A DNA stretch of 64,000 nucleotides from an uncultured bacterium (GCA_963977675.1 CAXBPY010000003.1:9216-73215), one strand, 5' to 3'. Numbered from the stretch's first letter, positions 25,214-34,876 are shown. A program made the numbers and translations. Notes: generated from the sequence alone by a model not told the origin.

Positions 25214-27391
25214 CTATTGCTTCACAAACTTCAAAGTTTGTTGAATCCCTTTTCCGGCAAGTGTTACAAAGTAAATTCCCGGGCTCAGAGAACTTACATC
25301 AATTACCGTAGATTGATTCGCTACCATGGTGGTAGATACAATTTTTCCTACAACATCTGAGATCGTAATTGTACTTGCCTCGGATGGATAGCCGGCTATA
25401 AACAATTTTTCAGAAAAAGGATTAGGATAGGCTGAGAAATTAAAGTTGTCAGTAACATCGACAGGATTAATGCCAACCTGAACAACTCCACCTTCATTTT
25501 CAAAACATTGAGCAAACTCCTGCAAATACTGATTTGTAATATTTGCATTGTGAACGATCACTTCGTTTTCATCATTTTTATAGGTAGCAGAATTCGTCCA
25601 GTTAAAAGAACCGGTTACGACCTGTGGATCTGAACTCAAATTGTCTGCATCAATAATTGCATACTTGTGATGAAGGAGCCATCCAAAGGAATTTATTTTC
25701 AGATTGGAGGTGGTCATGTTTCCAATCAAAGCATTCCATACAGGAGTTGAGGCTGCAGTATCATTTATTATTCCCTGAGCGAAATATCCGGTGCTGGTCT
25801 GGTAGTTATCTGTAATCGGGTAAGCAATTTCAGTTCTTGTGAAACTGTAAATGAGAAAGTGAACAGAAGTGTTAGCTGTAAGCAAGGCATTTTTTACAGC
25901 TATGTTAGTGTTATCGCTTGGAGAAAAATATTGTTGAACGCGAGTTCCGTTCAGATTAAATTCATGAGCAGTGTTGTCAATTTTGTCCGGGCCGAAAGCC
26001 CCTCCAAACATTTCATTAAATTCCAAAGTGTACGAACGGGCCATGGTTTGATCCTGGAAGATGATAATATCCTGCGCATCTGTATTTACCTGGTTGTCAG
26101 TAAAATTCATTGAGCCGGTCCAAACAACTGGTTCATTAGGATCAGCAGAGTTTGCATCAATGATTACAAATTTGTTGTGCATAATACCGTAGGTCGCGCT
26201 GCCGGGGCTTTGAATTTTCTGAATCGAACCAATGAGTGAGTTCCAAGCAGTCGTATTTATTCCGTTGTCAGCAACTACTCTAACCGTAATTCCGGCCGCG
26301 GCTCTCTGATTGAGGGCAGTTACAATTCCATTATTGTCATCCATATTATAGATCGCTACATCAATTGTATGATGAGCGCGATTGAGATATGCAATCAAAG
26401 TATCAGCAGCAACATGATTGAGGTAGTGAGAATAGTTTGCCGGAGAAGAGGCATATGATGTATCAACCGGATGATTGAAATAAGAAGTAATGGTTTGAGA
26501 AGACAGAGACTGTGTTCCCATTACCTGAATCGAAGAAAAACTAGTGTCGCCTGATGAAGAGATTGTAATACCTTTTACATAGTAAAGTGTACCCGGAGTT
26601 AAACTCGTAAGGTTGATTGAGTGATTCGTTGTTAGTGTTGCGTCTGTAACCTCGCTTCCAAGTGCACTTGTTAATCCATAACGAATGATAGTGTTTCCAG
26701 GATTTTGAGTTTGAAAACTAACTGTGAAACTTGTTGTGGCAATATTTGATTGTGTAAGTGAAGTTGTAAATACCGGCGGGTTTCCAATGGTTATGAAATC
26801 ATTTAAACTCCGAGGTAGCAATTGATAGGTGGTGGTGTACTGACTCATTATTCCAACAATATCTATGCTGCTGCCTGGAATCGGAGTGCTTACAATATTG
26901 CTTGAAGCATTTATACGAACTTGTCCATTGTTGGTACCATCTGTAATTGGATAGTTAGTTGATCCTGCAAATGATCCGGATCCGGTAAATGAAACCCCAT
27001 TCACCCGAACCAGCTGGCCTTCGTATTGTTCTGCAAAAGCTATTGGGATAGAAAGTGAAACTGGTGGGTGAGGAGTGTTCCCGGTTGTGATCACTGAAAA
27101 ACTTGTAACAGAAATTTCCATTAGGTTGTTATATGGAGCTATTGTTCCTGATACCTCAATACTATCTCCAATGTTTACTGAAGAAAGTGTTGAGCCATAA
27201 ATACAAATTCCGGCTGTTCCATCCTGTATATATCTGGTTGAACCTCCGAATTCGCTGCCATTACTTGCGATTCCTCTTACAGTTGCATTGTTTCCGGTCG
27301 CCAGATTTCTTGCACTGGCAATTGTGATAACTTGTGATTTAGCATTTGCAGTTGCAAGAACAAAGAGAATGAGTGTAACAATTTTTTGCAT
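25214..27391 (-). CDS. secreted phospholipase D/HKD-family nuclease-like protein with N-terminal OB-like modules and a T9SS C-terminal sorting domain
   Basis: From the ATG at 27391 the signal peptide reads MQKIVTLILFVLATANAKSQ. Two HKD motifs are present (MHNKFVIIDA...TGSMNFT and HHKYAIIDA...TGSFNWT). The N-terminal VITIASARNL...RYIQDGTAGICIY resembles extracellular-nuclease OB modules. The C-terminal YPNPFSEKLFI...GIYFVTL...KFVKQ is a T9SS CTD. Confidence 0.8.
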   Translation of the reverse strand: MQKIVTLILFVLATANAKSQVITIASARNLATGNNATVRGIASNGSEFGGSTRYIQDGTAGICIYGSTLSSVNIGDSIEVSGTIAPYNNLMEISVTSFSVITTGNTPHPPVSLSIPIAFAEQYEGQLVRVNGVSFTGSGSFAGSTNYPITDGTNNGQVRINASSNIVSTPIPGSSIDIVGIMSQYTTTYQLLPRSLNDFITIGNPPVFTTSLTQSNIATTSFTVSFQTQNPGNTIIRYGLTSALGSEVTDATLTTNHSINLTSLTPGTLYYVKGITISSSGDTSFSSIQVMGTQSLSSQTITSYFNHPVDTSYASSPANYSHYLNHVAADTLIAYLNRAHHTIDVAIYNMDDNNGIVTALNQRAAAGITVRVVADNGINTTAWNSLIGSIQKIQSPGSATYGIMHNKFVIIDANSADPNEPVVWTGSMNFTDNQVNTDAQDIIIFQDQTMARSYTLEFNEMFGGAFGPDKIDNTAHEFNLNGTRVQQYFSPSDNTNIAVKNALLTANTSVHFLIYSFTRTEIAYPITDNYQTSTGYFAQGIINDTAASTPVWNALIGNMTTSNLKINSFGWLLHHKYAIIDADNLSSDPQVVTGSFNWTNSATYKNDENEVIVHNANITNQYLQEFAQCFENEGGVVQVGINPVDVTDNFNFSAYPNPFSEKLFIAGYPSEASTITISDVVGKIVSTTMVANQSTVIDVSSLSPGIYFVTLAGKGIQQTLKFVKQ

Positions 27392-27609
27392 GGTGATTTT
27401 GTTGAGGCGCCAAATATATACTGATTCATAACCAGGCATTTTAAAGTACATGAAGAATGAGTTAATAAATGGTGAATAAAAATTTAATGCTTCAAAAACT
27501 TTCAATTGAATCCCGATTTTTTGTGAAAGTGATTTAATTATTTCAATCACTCAAAAAAAATCCGGCAACAAAAAATGTTGCCGGATCAGTAAGCAATTTC
27601 TTCAAACTA

Positions 27610-29034
27610 TTATTGAGTAGGCCCGTTGTCAACAATAGATTCAACAGAACTTTGAATTGAAGTAGAAATATTTGATAGAAAATCATAACCAGTTGCTGCT
27701 TCAATAGCATCCACACTTGTCCGGTAGTATCCCCAGGTCTGACTATTGACTGTTTGAACATTCGGCATATCAACTGCAATTACTCTTGTTGCAGATGAAA
27801 CGCGGTTGATATCGTTATTACCATTTGGAAGAACAACAATTACTTTCCAACAATGGGCCGGAACATTGATGTTACCGCCGTTTACTGAATTAGCACTTCC
27901 GTTGCTTCCGGTTCCACCGGTACCATAACCACCGCAAATAATAAAAAGCTCATTGCCCTGGTTGACAAGTGCACGCTCATAATCTTCAAGCGCAGCCCAG
28001 GTAATCTGATTAAGGTTTGGTGATTGTGGAAGCATGTTGGTCATCAGGAAAGTTGCAGCATTGTTTGTTGAGTTGTCTGTTCTGTCGGCAGAGGGGCACT
28101 GATGTCCGCGATCAAAACCACTTCCGGAATAAGCACTTGAGTTCGCAACAAAAAACCCGGAGGGTAATTGTGCATCTGATGCAAAACAATCGCAGCGCGG
28201 CGTAGAACCTAGATCACTGGAGCCAAGGTGCCAGCTAACCCATCCGCATTCACCAAGACTATTGTTATATGCTAAATCATATTGCGGTTTCACTAACAAG
28301 TAATTATTGGGGAATGAAACATTAGTAACTGCTCCGCTTGGATTTCCCATTGCAATATTGTCGTTGTCAAGAGGATTAGTTCCGCCTCCTCCATTATCAC
28401 TTACAGAAATATCATCAATGTTTAATCTTCCTCCTGAAGATTTTCTGATCTGAAAACGAACGCTGCCAGTTATACTCATGGTGAAAGTAGCAGTACTCAA
28501 GGTTGTAGAGGAAGTGGTAATGTTATTTCCGGTTTGAATCCATGTACTTCCGTTGTTTGTTGAATAATACAAACCCCAGCTGCTGCTTGCATCACTTCCA
28601 TATTTCGCATGAACAACAGATACTGAGGTTGCACCATTGCTGAGATTAAAATTCATTGTCAACTTTCCGCTGTTCTGAATTCGAGCGGCATGAGCACCAT
28701 TTTTATGATCGCTGGAAGAAGTACCAATCAACGCATCATAAAAATTCCATGAGCCTGAGCTAAGCGTAACATTACCTGATGAATAAGAAGTTTTAGAACC
28801 GCTTTCCATTGTTTCGGGCCAACCTGAATAAATGTTTCTTAACTGATGAGTTGAAGTTGATTCTGTAGTTTGAATTGAAGTTTTTAACGGTGCAACAAGT
28901 GAGTCTTTATTGCATCCGCTTACCAAAACCATTGAGATAAAGAAACCAGCGAAAATTAAAGTGAGGGTTTTACCGGTTCCCTTGATCATTGAAATCAAAT
29001 TTTTTTTCATGATTATTTTTTTTGTTTGATACAA
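27610..29034 (-). CDS. secreted DNA/RNA non-specific endonuclease (beta-beta-alpha-Me, NUC/EndoG family) with an N-terminal beta-sandwich domain
   Basis: It carries the catalytic motif FDRGHQCPSADR and the metal-ligand region TNMLPQSPNLNQ. The lipoprotein-type signal is MVLVSGC. An alternative ATG at 29010 (MKKNLISMIK) is possible. No T9SS CTD is present. Confidence 0.85.
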   Translation of the reverse strand: MYQTKKIIMKKNLISMIKGTGKTLTLIFAGFFISMVLVSGCNKDSLVAPLKTSIQTTESTSTHQLRNIYSGWPETMESGSKTSYSSGNVTLSSGSWNFYDALIGTSSSDHKNGAHAARIQNSGKLTMNFNLSNGATSVSVVHAKYGSDASSSWGLYYSTNNGSTWIQTGNNITTSSTTLSTATFTMSITGSVRFQIRKSSGGRLNIDDISVSDNGGGGTNPLDNDNIAMGNPSGAVTNVSFPNNYLLVKPQYDLAYNNSLGECGWVSWHLGSSDLGSTPRCDCFASDAQLPSGFFVANSSAYSGSGFDRGHQCPSADRTDNSTNNAATFLMTNMLPQSPNLNQITWAALEDYERALVNQGNELFIICGGYGTGGTGSNGSANSVNGGNINVPAHCWKVIVVLPNGNNDINRVSSATRVIAVDMPNVQTVNSQTWGYYRTSVDAIEAATGYDFLSNISTSIQSSVESIVDNGPTQ

Positions 29035-29293
29035 ACTTTTTCAGTTTGCAGGGTGTAAAGAAATAGACTTAATATTAAATTTCTAATGATCAAAACATTA
29101 AATGTTAACTGTTGACCAATAATAAAATTTGCCGTAGTTCAATTTTTAATTTTTTGACGAACTTAAATTTTCTCTTTTCAGAATAAAAAAATTAGTGTCA
29201 GTTTTTCAATTTCAATTTTCTTTTCTTTCAGTACTATTCAGTGGTTGCTATTTTATTTGCAACAGACTGAACTGTTAATTCTCAATTCGTAGT

Positions 29294-29314
29294 TTTTAAA
29301 TTTTAAATTCAAAT
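29294..29314. repeat. three heptamers (TTTTAAA TTTTAAA TTCAAAT) abutting the yajQ-like ATG
   Basis: The units were read directly at 29294, 29301 and 29308. The start codon is at 29315. Confidence 0.55.
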
Positions 29315-29803
29315 ATGCCATCATTTGATATTGTAAGTAAAGCCGACACACAACTTCTTGATAATGCAATCAACACTGCCCGAAAGGAAATTGTTAATCG
29401 TTACGACTTTCATGGAACACAAACAGAAATAGATTTCGACAAGAAGGAAAATCTTATTAAGGTGACAACTGAAAATGATCTTCGGTTAAAACATATAATA
29501 GATATATTGATTTCGCGTGCAATGAAGCAGCACATTGATGCCAGGTGTTTTGATTTTGGCAAAGAACAATATGCATCAGGTAACATGGTGAAGAAAGAAA
29601 TAAAAATCAAACAAGGACTTGACCGCGACACAGCAAAAAAAGTTGTGAAAGAAATTAAAGACAGCGGATTAAAAGTTCAGCCAGGTATTATGGACGACCT
29701 TGTTCGCGTAACTGGAAAAAAAATCGACGACCTGCAATCAATTATAGCGTTGATGCGGAGCAAGGATTTCGGAGTTCCTCTACAGTTTGTAAACATGAAG
29801 TAG
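29315..29803 (+). CDS. YajQ family cyclic di-GMP/nucleotide-binding protein (UPF0234)
   Basis: MPSFDIVSKADTQLLDNAINTARKEIVNRYDFHGT and the C-terminal LQFVNMK are the canonical YajQ termini. The protein is 162 aa. Confidence 0.9.
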   Translation: MPSFDIVSKADTQLLDNAINTARKEIVNRYDFHGTQTEIDFDKKENLIKVTTENDLRLKHIIDILISRAMKQHIDARCFDFGKEQYASGNMVKKEIKIKQGLDRDTAKKVVKEIKDSGLKVQPGIMDDLVRVTGKKIDDLQSIIALMRSKDFGVPLQFVNMK

Positions 29804-29804
29804 C

Positions 29805-30419
29805 ATGATCGTTTACATCATTATCATCGTGACCGGAGTTGTTTCCTTCCTTGCCTTGCAGGACAGTAATGTCATGAATCGATTCATTATGTATCCATAT
29901 GCAGTTAAACAAAATAATGAATGGTGGCGATTTATTACTTCAGGTTTTCTTCATGCCGATTTCACCCATTTGTTTTTTAACATGTTTGTCTTGTATTCAT
30001 TTGGACAATATCTCTACCTTTATTTCGATTCGCTGTTTGGCCATATGGCCGTGTATTATTTTCTGATTCTTTATATAGGCGCCATAATTGTTTCTGATTT
30101 GTCCTCCTATATCAAGTGGCATAATTTCCCCTCGTATCGTTCGCTGGGCGCATCCGGTGCTGTTAGTGCGGTATTGTTTGCATTTATACTTTTCGATCCG
30201 CTTGATAAGGTTTTAGTGATGTTCGTTCTTCCGCTTCCCGGTGTAGTATGGGGCGCCGTTTACCTTCTTTACAGCTGGTACATGGCAAAGCGTGGCGGCG
30301 ACCGAATCAACCATGAAGCACATTTTTACGGAGCAGTGTTTGGTTTTATTTTTCCAATTCTGATAAAGCCGGAATTATTCTCTGGATTTGTGAATCAGAT
30401 TGCAACATTGTTGAGGTAA
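29805..30419 (+). CDS. rhomboid family intramembrane serine protease
   Basis: WWRFITSGFLHADFTHLFFNM and the catalytic GASGAVSAVLFA are present, with a downstream His (HEAHFYGAVFG). Confidence 0.85.
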   Translation: MIVYIIIIVTGVVSFLALQDSNVMNRFIMYPYAVKQNNEWWRFITSGFLHADFTHLFFNMFVLYSFGQYLYLYFDSLFGHMAVYYFLILYIGAIIVSDLSSYIKWHNFPSYRSLGASGAVSAVLFAFILFDPLDKVLVMFVLPLPGVVWGAVYLLYSWYMAKRGGDRINHEAHFYGAVFGFIFPILIKPELFSGFVNQIATLLR

Positions 30420-30437
30420 AACATAAATTAATAAGTG

Positions 30438-31460
30438 ATGACAATAGATTTAAGAAGCGATACTGTAACCAAGCCGACTCCATCCATGCTTAACGCAATG
30501 ATGAGCGCAAAAGTTGGTGACGATGTTTTCAGCGAAGACCCAAGCATAAATGAGCTTGAAACGATAGCTGCTGGCATGTTCGGCAAAGAGGCCGGACTTT
30601 TTTGTCCCACAGGCACCATGACTAACCAGGTTGCAATCAAAACACATACGCAACCGATGGATGAAGTGATAGTGGAAAAAAGCAATCATGTTTACTTCTA
30701 CGAATCCGGTGGAATTGCTTATCACTCGCTCTCTTCAGTTCGCTTAATCAATGGTGATCGAGGAAGAATCAAGCCATCTGATATAGAAGAGAACATTAAT
30801 CCTAATAACATTCATCACCCGCACACGAAACTCGTGGTGATTGAGAATACCAGTAACCGCGGAGGCGGCAGCTATTATCAGTTGGATGAAATGAAGGCGC
30901 TGAGTGAAATGGCGCACAAGCATAACCTGATGATTCATCTCGATGGTGCACGCATTTTTAATTGCCTTGTAGAAATAAATGCTTCACCAAATGAAGTTGG
31001 GGTATTGTTCGACAGCGTGAGTGTTTGTTTCTCTAAAGGATTAGGGTGTCCTGTTGGTTCTGTTCTTCTTGGTTCAAAAGATTTTATTGCAGAAGCAAGA
31101 AGAAACAGAAAAGCCTTCGGCGGAGGAATGAGGCAGGCAGGATTTCTTGCTGCTGCTGCTATCTATGCTTTGCAAAATCATGTGACACGCTTGAAGGAAG
31201 ACCACTCACGCGCAAAAGCAATTGCAAAAACTCTGAATGAAACTTCACTCCTCGAAAATCCGGTGAGTGCCGACACAAACATTTTAATCTTTAAACTGAA
31301 GAAAGAATTTTCAGCAGAGAAAATGGTTGACAAGCTGAAAGAGAAAAACATTCTCTGCTTCGCAATTGGCGGAAACGCAATTCGAATGGTCACTCATCTT
31401 GATTTCAATGATGAAATGTTGAATCAGGTTTGTGAGGTTTTAAAAAATATTTCTTATTAA
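30438..31460 (+). CDS. ltaE: low-specificity L-threonine aldolase
   Basis: TIDLRSDTVTKPTPSMLNAM...GDDVF, HLDGARIFN and the PLP-lysine region CFSKGLG are present. The track start at 30435 is a GTG immediately followed by the ATG at 30438. Confidence 0.88.
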   Translation: MTIDLRSDTVTKPTPSMLNAMMSAKVGDDVFSEDPSINELETIAAGMFGKEAGLFCPTGTMTNQVAIKTHTQPMDEVIVEKSNHVYFYESGGIAYHSLSSVRLINGDRGRIKPSDIEENINPNNIHHPHTKLVVIENTSNRGGGSYYQLDEMKALSEMAHKHNLMIHLDGARIFNCLVEINASPNEVGVLFDSVSVCFSKGLGCPVGSVLLGSKDFIAEARRNRKAFGGGMRQAGFLAAAAIYALQNHVTRLKEDHSRAKAIAKTLNETSLLENPVSADTNILIFKLKKEFSAEKMVDKLKEKNILCFAIGGNAIRMVTHLDFNDEMLNQVCEVLKNISY

Positions 31461-31475
31461 AAAAAAATTATAAAA

Positions 31476-31931
31476 GTGAAACCTTTAGCTATAACTAACT
31501 CCATAACTATAAAATCCTCAGCTGAAAAAGTGTGGGACTTATTGGTGAATCCTGAACAAACAAAAAAATATATGTTCGGTTGCGAAACTGTTTCTGGCTG
31601 GAAACCCGGAGATGATTTATTGTGGAGAGGAGAGTGGGAAGGAAAAGAAATGATTTTCGTAAAAGGAAAAATCATTCGTATTGAATCAAACAGGTTTTTA
31701 GAATACACGGTTATTGATCCGCTCAATCCGAACATTCCGGATCTACCGGAAAATTATCTGAATGTCACCTACAGTTTATCTGAGGAAGGAAAAGAAACAA
31801 AACTCACCGTAACACAGGGCGATTACAACAAAGTAGCAGAAGGAGAAAATCGTTACAAAGATTCTTACAACAATGGAGAAGGCTGGAATCCGATTCTCAT
31901 TCAAATCAAAAAACTCGCAGAAGAACAATAG
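31476..31931 (+). CDS. SRPBCC (AHSA1/START-like) domain protein
   Basis: ITIKSSAEKVWDLLVNPEQTKKYMFG... is a typical Aha1-like SRPBCC opening. The start codon is GTG. Confidence 0.7.
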   Translation: MKPLAITNSITIKSSAEKVWDLLVNPEQTKKYMFGCETVSGWKPGDDLLWRGEWEGKEMIFVKGKIIRIESNRFLEYTVIDPLNPNIPDLPENYLNVTYSLSEEGKETKLTVTQGDYNKVAEGENRYKDSYNNGEGWNPILIQIKKLAEEQ

Positions 31932-31973
31932 AATGAATTCTACTTGTTCTGCTACTTTTACGCACGAACAACT

Positions 31974-32999
31974 ATGCTGATAAGAAGTAAAAGCCCGCTA
32001 AGAATCGGGCTCGCCGGCGGAGGAACTGATGTAAGTCCTTACTCTGATGAACACGGTGGTGTGATACTGAATGCAACAATCAATATGTATGCATATGCCA
32101 CTATTGAACCCACAGACGATGGAAAAATTATTCTGCACGCAATTGACAAGAACGAAAAAATTCAATTTGACTCACAAGCTCAATTACCAATTGATGGTCA
32201 TCTTGATTTACTGAAAGGAATTTACAATCGAGTTGTTCGGGATTACACAAAGAAACCGCTGAGCTTTCGTTTGTCAACTTATGTTGATGCTCCAAGCGGC
32301 AGCGGATTGGGTTCTTCAAGTTCATTAGTGGTGGCAATACTTGCGGCATTTGCAGAGTGGCAAAACATACCACTCGGAGAATATGAGTTGGCGAAACTTG
32401 CTTTTGATATCGAACGGAAAGACCTGGCCATGGCAGGTGGAAAACAGGATCAATACGCTGCAGCATTCGGCGGTTTCAATCTCATGGAATTTTATGCTGA
32501 TGAAAAAGTGATTGTCAATCCACTTCGTATTAAGGAAGATTATCTGAATGAAATGCAATTCAGTTTGCTTTTGTATTACACCGGAACCAGCAGATTGAGT
32601 TCAAAGATTATTGAAATGCAGAGCAAGAATATTTTCCAGAAAAAAACTGAATCACTCGATGCCATGCATCAATTGAAATCACAAGCGGTGAAAATGAAGG
32701 AAGCAATTCTCAAAGGAGAACTCGACACAATCGGTGATGTACTGAATGAAGGATGGAAATCAAAAAAGCAAACTGCAGACGGAATCAGTAACACCATGAT
32801 TGATGAGATATATAACGCAGCGCTGAGTGAAGGAGCAAGTGGAGGAAAAATTTCAGGAGCAGGGGGCGGTGGATTTATGTTTTTCTGGTGCCCGCGATTT
32901 TCGAGATACAAGGTGATTGACCGTTTGCATCAGCTGGGCGGCGAGTTCAGGAGATTTCAGTTTACACAAAATGGTGCGATGACCTGGAAAGTCAAATAG
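31974..32999 (+). CDS. hddA: GHMP kinase, D-glycero-alpha-D-manno-heptose-7-phosphate kinase-like
   Basis: From the first ATG (31974) the protein reads MLIRSKSPLRIGLAGGGTD. It carries the GHMP motif PSGSGLGSSSSLVVA and the C-terminal GGKISGAGGGGFMFFW. Its context with gmhA, hddC and gmhB supports the call. Confidence 0.8.
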   Translation: MLIRSKSPLRIGLAGGGTDVSPYSDEHGGVILNATINMYAYATIEPTDDGKIILHAIDKNEKIQFDSQAQLPIDGHLDLLKGIYNRVVRDYTKKPLSFRLSTYVDAPSGSGLGSSSSLVVAILAAFAEWQNIPLGEYELAKLAFDIERKDLAMAGGKQDQYAAAFGGFNLMEFYADEKVIVNPLRIKEDYLNEMQFSLLLYYTGTSRLSSKIIEMQSKNIFQKKTESLDAMHQLKSQAVKMKEAILKGELDTIGDVLNEGWKSKKQTADGISNTMIDEIYNAALSEGASGGKISGAGGGGFMFFWCPRFSRYKVIDRLHQLGGEFRRFQFTQNGAMTWKVK

Positions 33000-33034
33000 G
33001 ATTTTAGAATTATGATTTTGGATTTTAGATTTTA
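33000..33034. repeat. five heptamers (GATTTTA GAATTAT GATTTTG GATTTTA GATTTTA) filling the hddA-gmhA spacer
   Basis: G recurs at 33000, 33007, 33014, 33021 and 33028. The tract starts 1 nt after the hddA stop and ends 9 nt before the gmhA ATG. Confidence 0.85.
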
Positions 33035-33043
33035 AATAAAAGA

Positions 33044-33631
33044 ATGAGTGCTGAAAAAATAAAATCAATAGTCAGTGCTTCAATTGAAGTGAAGCAAAAA
33101 CTTCTTTCTGATACAACACTTCAGAAAACAATTTCTGATGTTGTAGATGAATGGGTGAAGTGCCTGAATGCAAAAGGTAAAATTCTTTTCTGTGGAAACG
33201 GTGGAAGCGCTGCTGATGCCCAACACATAGCAGCCGAACTCAGCGGAAGATTTTATTTCGACCGCGAACCACTTCATGCCGAAGCATTACATGTAAATAC
33301 ATCTTATCTCACCGCCGTAGCGAACGATTATTCTTACGATGAAGTGTATTCGCGAATGGTGAAAGCACAAGGAAGACAAGGCGATATTCTGGTTGGAATT
33401 TCAACTTCCGGAAATTCAAAGAATGTAATCCGCGCAATGGAAGAAGCTAAGAAACGCGGAATGATTGTAATTGCTATGACCGGAGAACAAGGAGGAAAGA
33501 TGCGCGACTGTTGTGATTATCTGATTAATGTTCCATCATCAGACACTCCCCGGATTCAGGAATCGCACATCATGGTGGGACATATTCTCTGCGAACTGTC
33601 AGAAGAAAAAATATTTTCGAAAAATGCTTAA
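33044..33631 (+). CDS. gmhA: D-sedoheptulose-7-phosphate isomerase (SIS domain)
   Basis: FCGNGGSAADAQHIAAELSGRF and GISTSGNSKNV match GmhA. The protein is 195 aa. Confidence 0.9.
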   Translation: MSAEKIKSIVSASIEVKQKLLSDTTLQKTISDVVDEWVKCLNAKGKILFCGNGGSAADAQHIAAELSGRFYFDREPLHAEALHVNTSYLTAVANDYSYDEVYSRMVKAQGRQGDILVGISTSGNSKNVIRAMEEAKKRGMIVIAMTGEQGGKMRDCCDYLINVPSSDTPRIQESHIMVGHILCELSEEKIFSKNA

Positions 33632-34322
33632 GACTGCTATTGTTTTAGCAGGAGGTTTCGGAACCCGTTTGCAATCGGTTGTGAAAGATTTGCCTAAACC
33701 AATGGCGCCTGTTGCTGGCTACCCGTTTCTGAAATATGTATTGGACTTTTGTTCAAAGCAGGGATTGGAAAATATTATTCTATCAGTTGGTTACAAACAC
33801 GAAGACATAAATATTTATTTCAAACAGAGTTTTCAAAACTTGAAACTCAATTATTGTATTGAGCAGAATGCTCTTGGAACCGGTGGCGCCATCAGAGAGT
33901 CTTTGAAAAAAACCAATGATGAAAATGTTGTAGTCCTGAATGGCGACACACTGTTTACAATAAACCTTCAGCATTTTGCTAATCTTCATCGTTCATCAAA
34001 TTCTGATCTAAGCATTGCATTAAAACCAATGGTCAACTTCGATCGATATGGAATAGTATCTACCAATTCCTCCAACCAAATTACAGGGTTTGAAGAAAAA
34101 TCTTTTAGATGGAACGGAAATATTAACGGCGGTGTTTACATTCTCAATCAATCAGTTTCAAAATATTTTCCGGAATCAGAAAATTTTTCATTTGAAAAAA
34201 ACTTCATGGAACAAAAATTCGATTTGCTAAAAATGAGCGGGTTTGTCTTTGACGACTACTTTATTGATATCGGAGTTCCTGAAGATTATGAAAGAGCACA
34301 ATATGAATTGGCAGGGTTTTGA
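33624..34322 (+). CDS. hddC: sugar-1-phosphate nucleotidyltransferase, D-glycero-alpha-D-manno-heptose-1-phosphate guanylyltransferase-like
   Basis: From the ATG at 33624 the protein reads MLKTAIVLAGGFGTRL (the GxGTR motif). It overlaps the gmhA stop by 8 nt. The nucleotide specificity is inferred from the operon context only. Confidence 0.75.
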   Translation: MLKTAIVLAGGFGTRLQSVVKDLPKPMAPVAGYPFLKYVLDFCSKQGLENIILSVGYKHEDINIYFKQSFQNLKLNYCIEQNALGTGGAIRESLKKTNDENVVVLNGDTLFTINLQHFANLHRSSNSDLSIALKPMVNFDRYGIVSTNSSNQITGFEEKSFRWNGNINGGVYILNQSVSKYFPESENFSFEKNFMEQKFDLLKMSGFVFDDYFIDIGVPEDYERAQYELAGF

Positions 34323-34848
34323 AATTGATAAGTCTTGGACATTGTTTTTGGATCGCGATGGAGTGATTAATAAAAATATTGAAGGTGGTTATGTACTTTC
34401 AAAAAACATGTATCAGTGGCTTAATGGCAGCCGGGAAGCCATTTCTAAACTCACAAAAATTTTTGGAAGAATAATAATTGTCACTAACCAGCAGGGAATT
34501 GGAAAAGGATTAATGAGTGAGCAGGATTTAATTGACATTCACACCTACATGACTACTGAAATAGAAATGCAAGGCGGACGCATAGATGCTATCTATCACA
34601 GCCCGCATTTGAATTCACAGAATCATGAGTGGAGAAAACCCGGCACAGGTATGCTGTTGAAAGCACAGGAAGATTTTCCGGAAATCAATTTTAATAAATC
34701 AATCATGATTGGCGATTCGGTTCGCGATATGGAAATGGCGCATAGAGTTCGCATGAAAAAAGTTTGGATCGGCGAACAACCACCGACACAGTTTGAAGTT
34801 GATGCTTCACACTCTTCTCTAATTAATTTCTCAAATTCTATCTCCTGA
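34303..34848 (+). CDS. gmhB: D,D-heptose 1,7-bisphosphate phosphatase (HAD-IIIA)
   Basis: It carries the HAD motifs FLDRDGVIN, VTNQQGI and GDSVRDMEMA. ATGs at 34288 and 34303 are both possible, and either overlaps hddC. Confidence 0.8.
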   Translation: MNWQGFEIDKSWTLFLDRDGVINKNIEGGYVLSKNMYQWLNGSREAISKLTKIFGRIIIVTNQQGIGKGLMSEQDLIDIHTYMTTEIEMQGGRIDAIYHSPHLNSQNHEWRKPGTGMLLKAQEDFPEINFNKSIMIGDSVRDMEMAHRVRMKKVWIGEQPPTQFEVDASHSSLINFSNSIS

Positions 34849-34876
34849 TTTTTTTTTAAAATCAATCGGTATATAA

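Noticed and set aside
25108-25311. A 67-aa plus-strand ORF downstream of tRNA-Leu
   Set aside because: It overlaps the 3' end of the HKD nuclease gene on the opposite strand. It has no conservation cues or promoter motif.
27543-27779. A 78-aa minus-strand ORF bridging the two nuclease genes
   Set aside because: It is out of frame with the 3' end of the endonuclease gene and runs into the spacer. It has no signal or motif.
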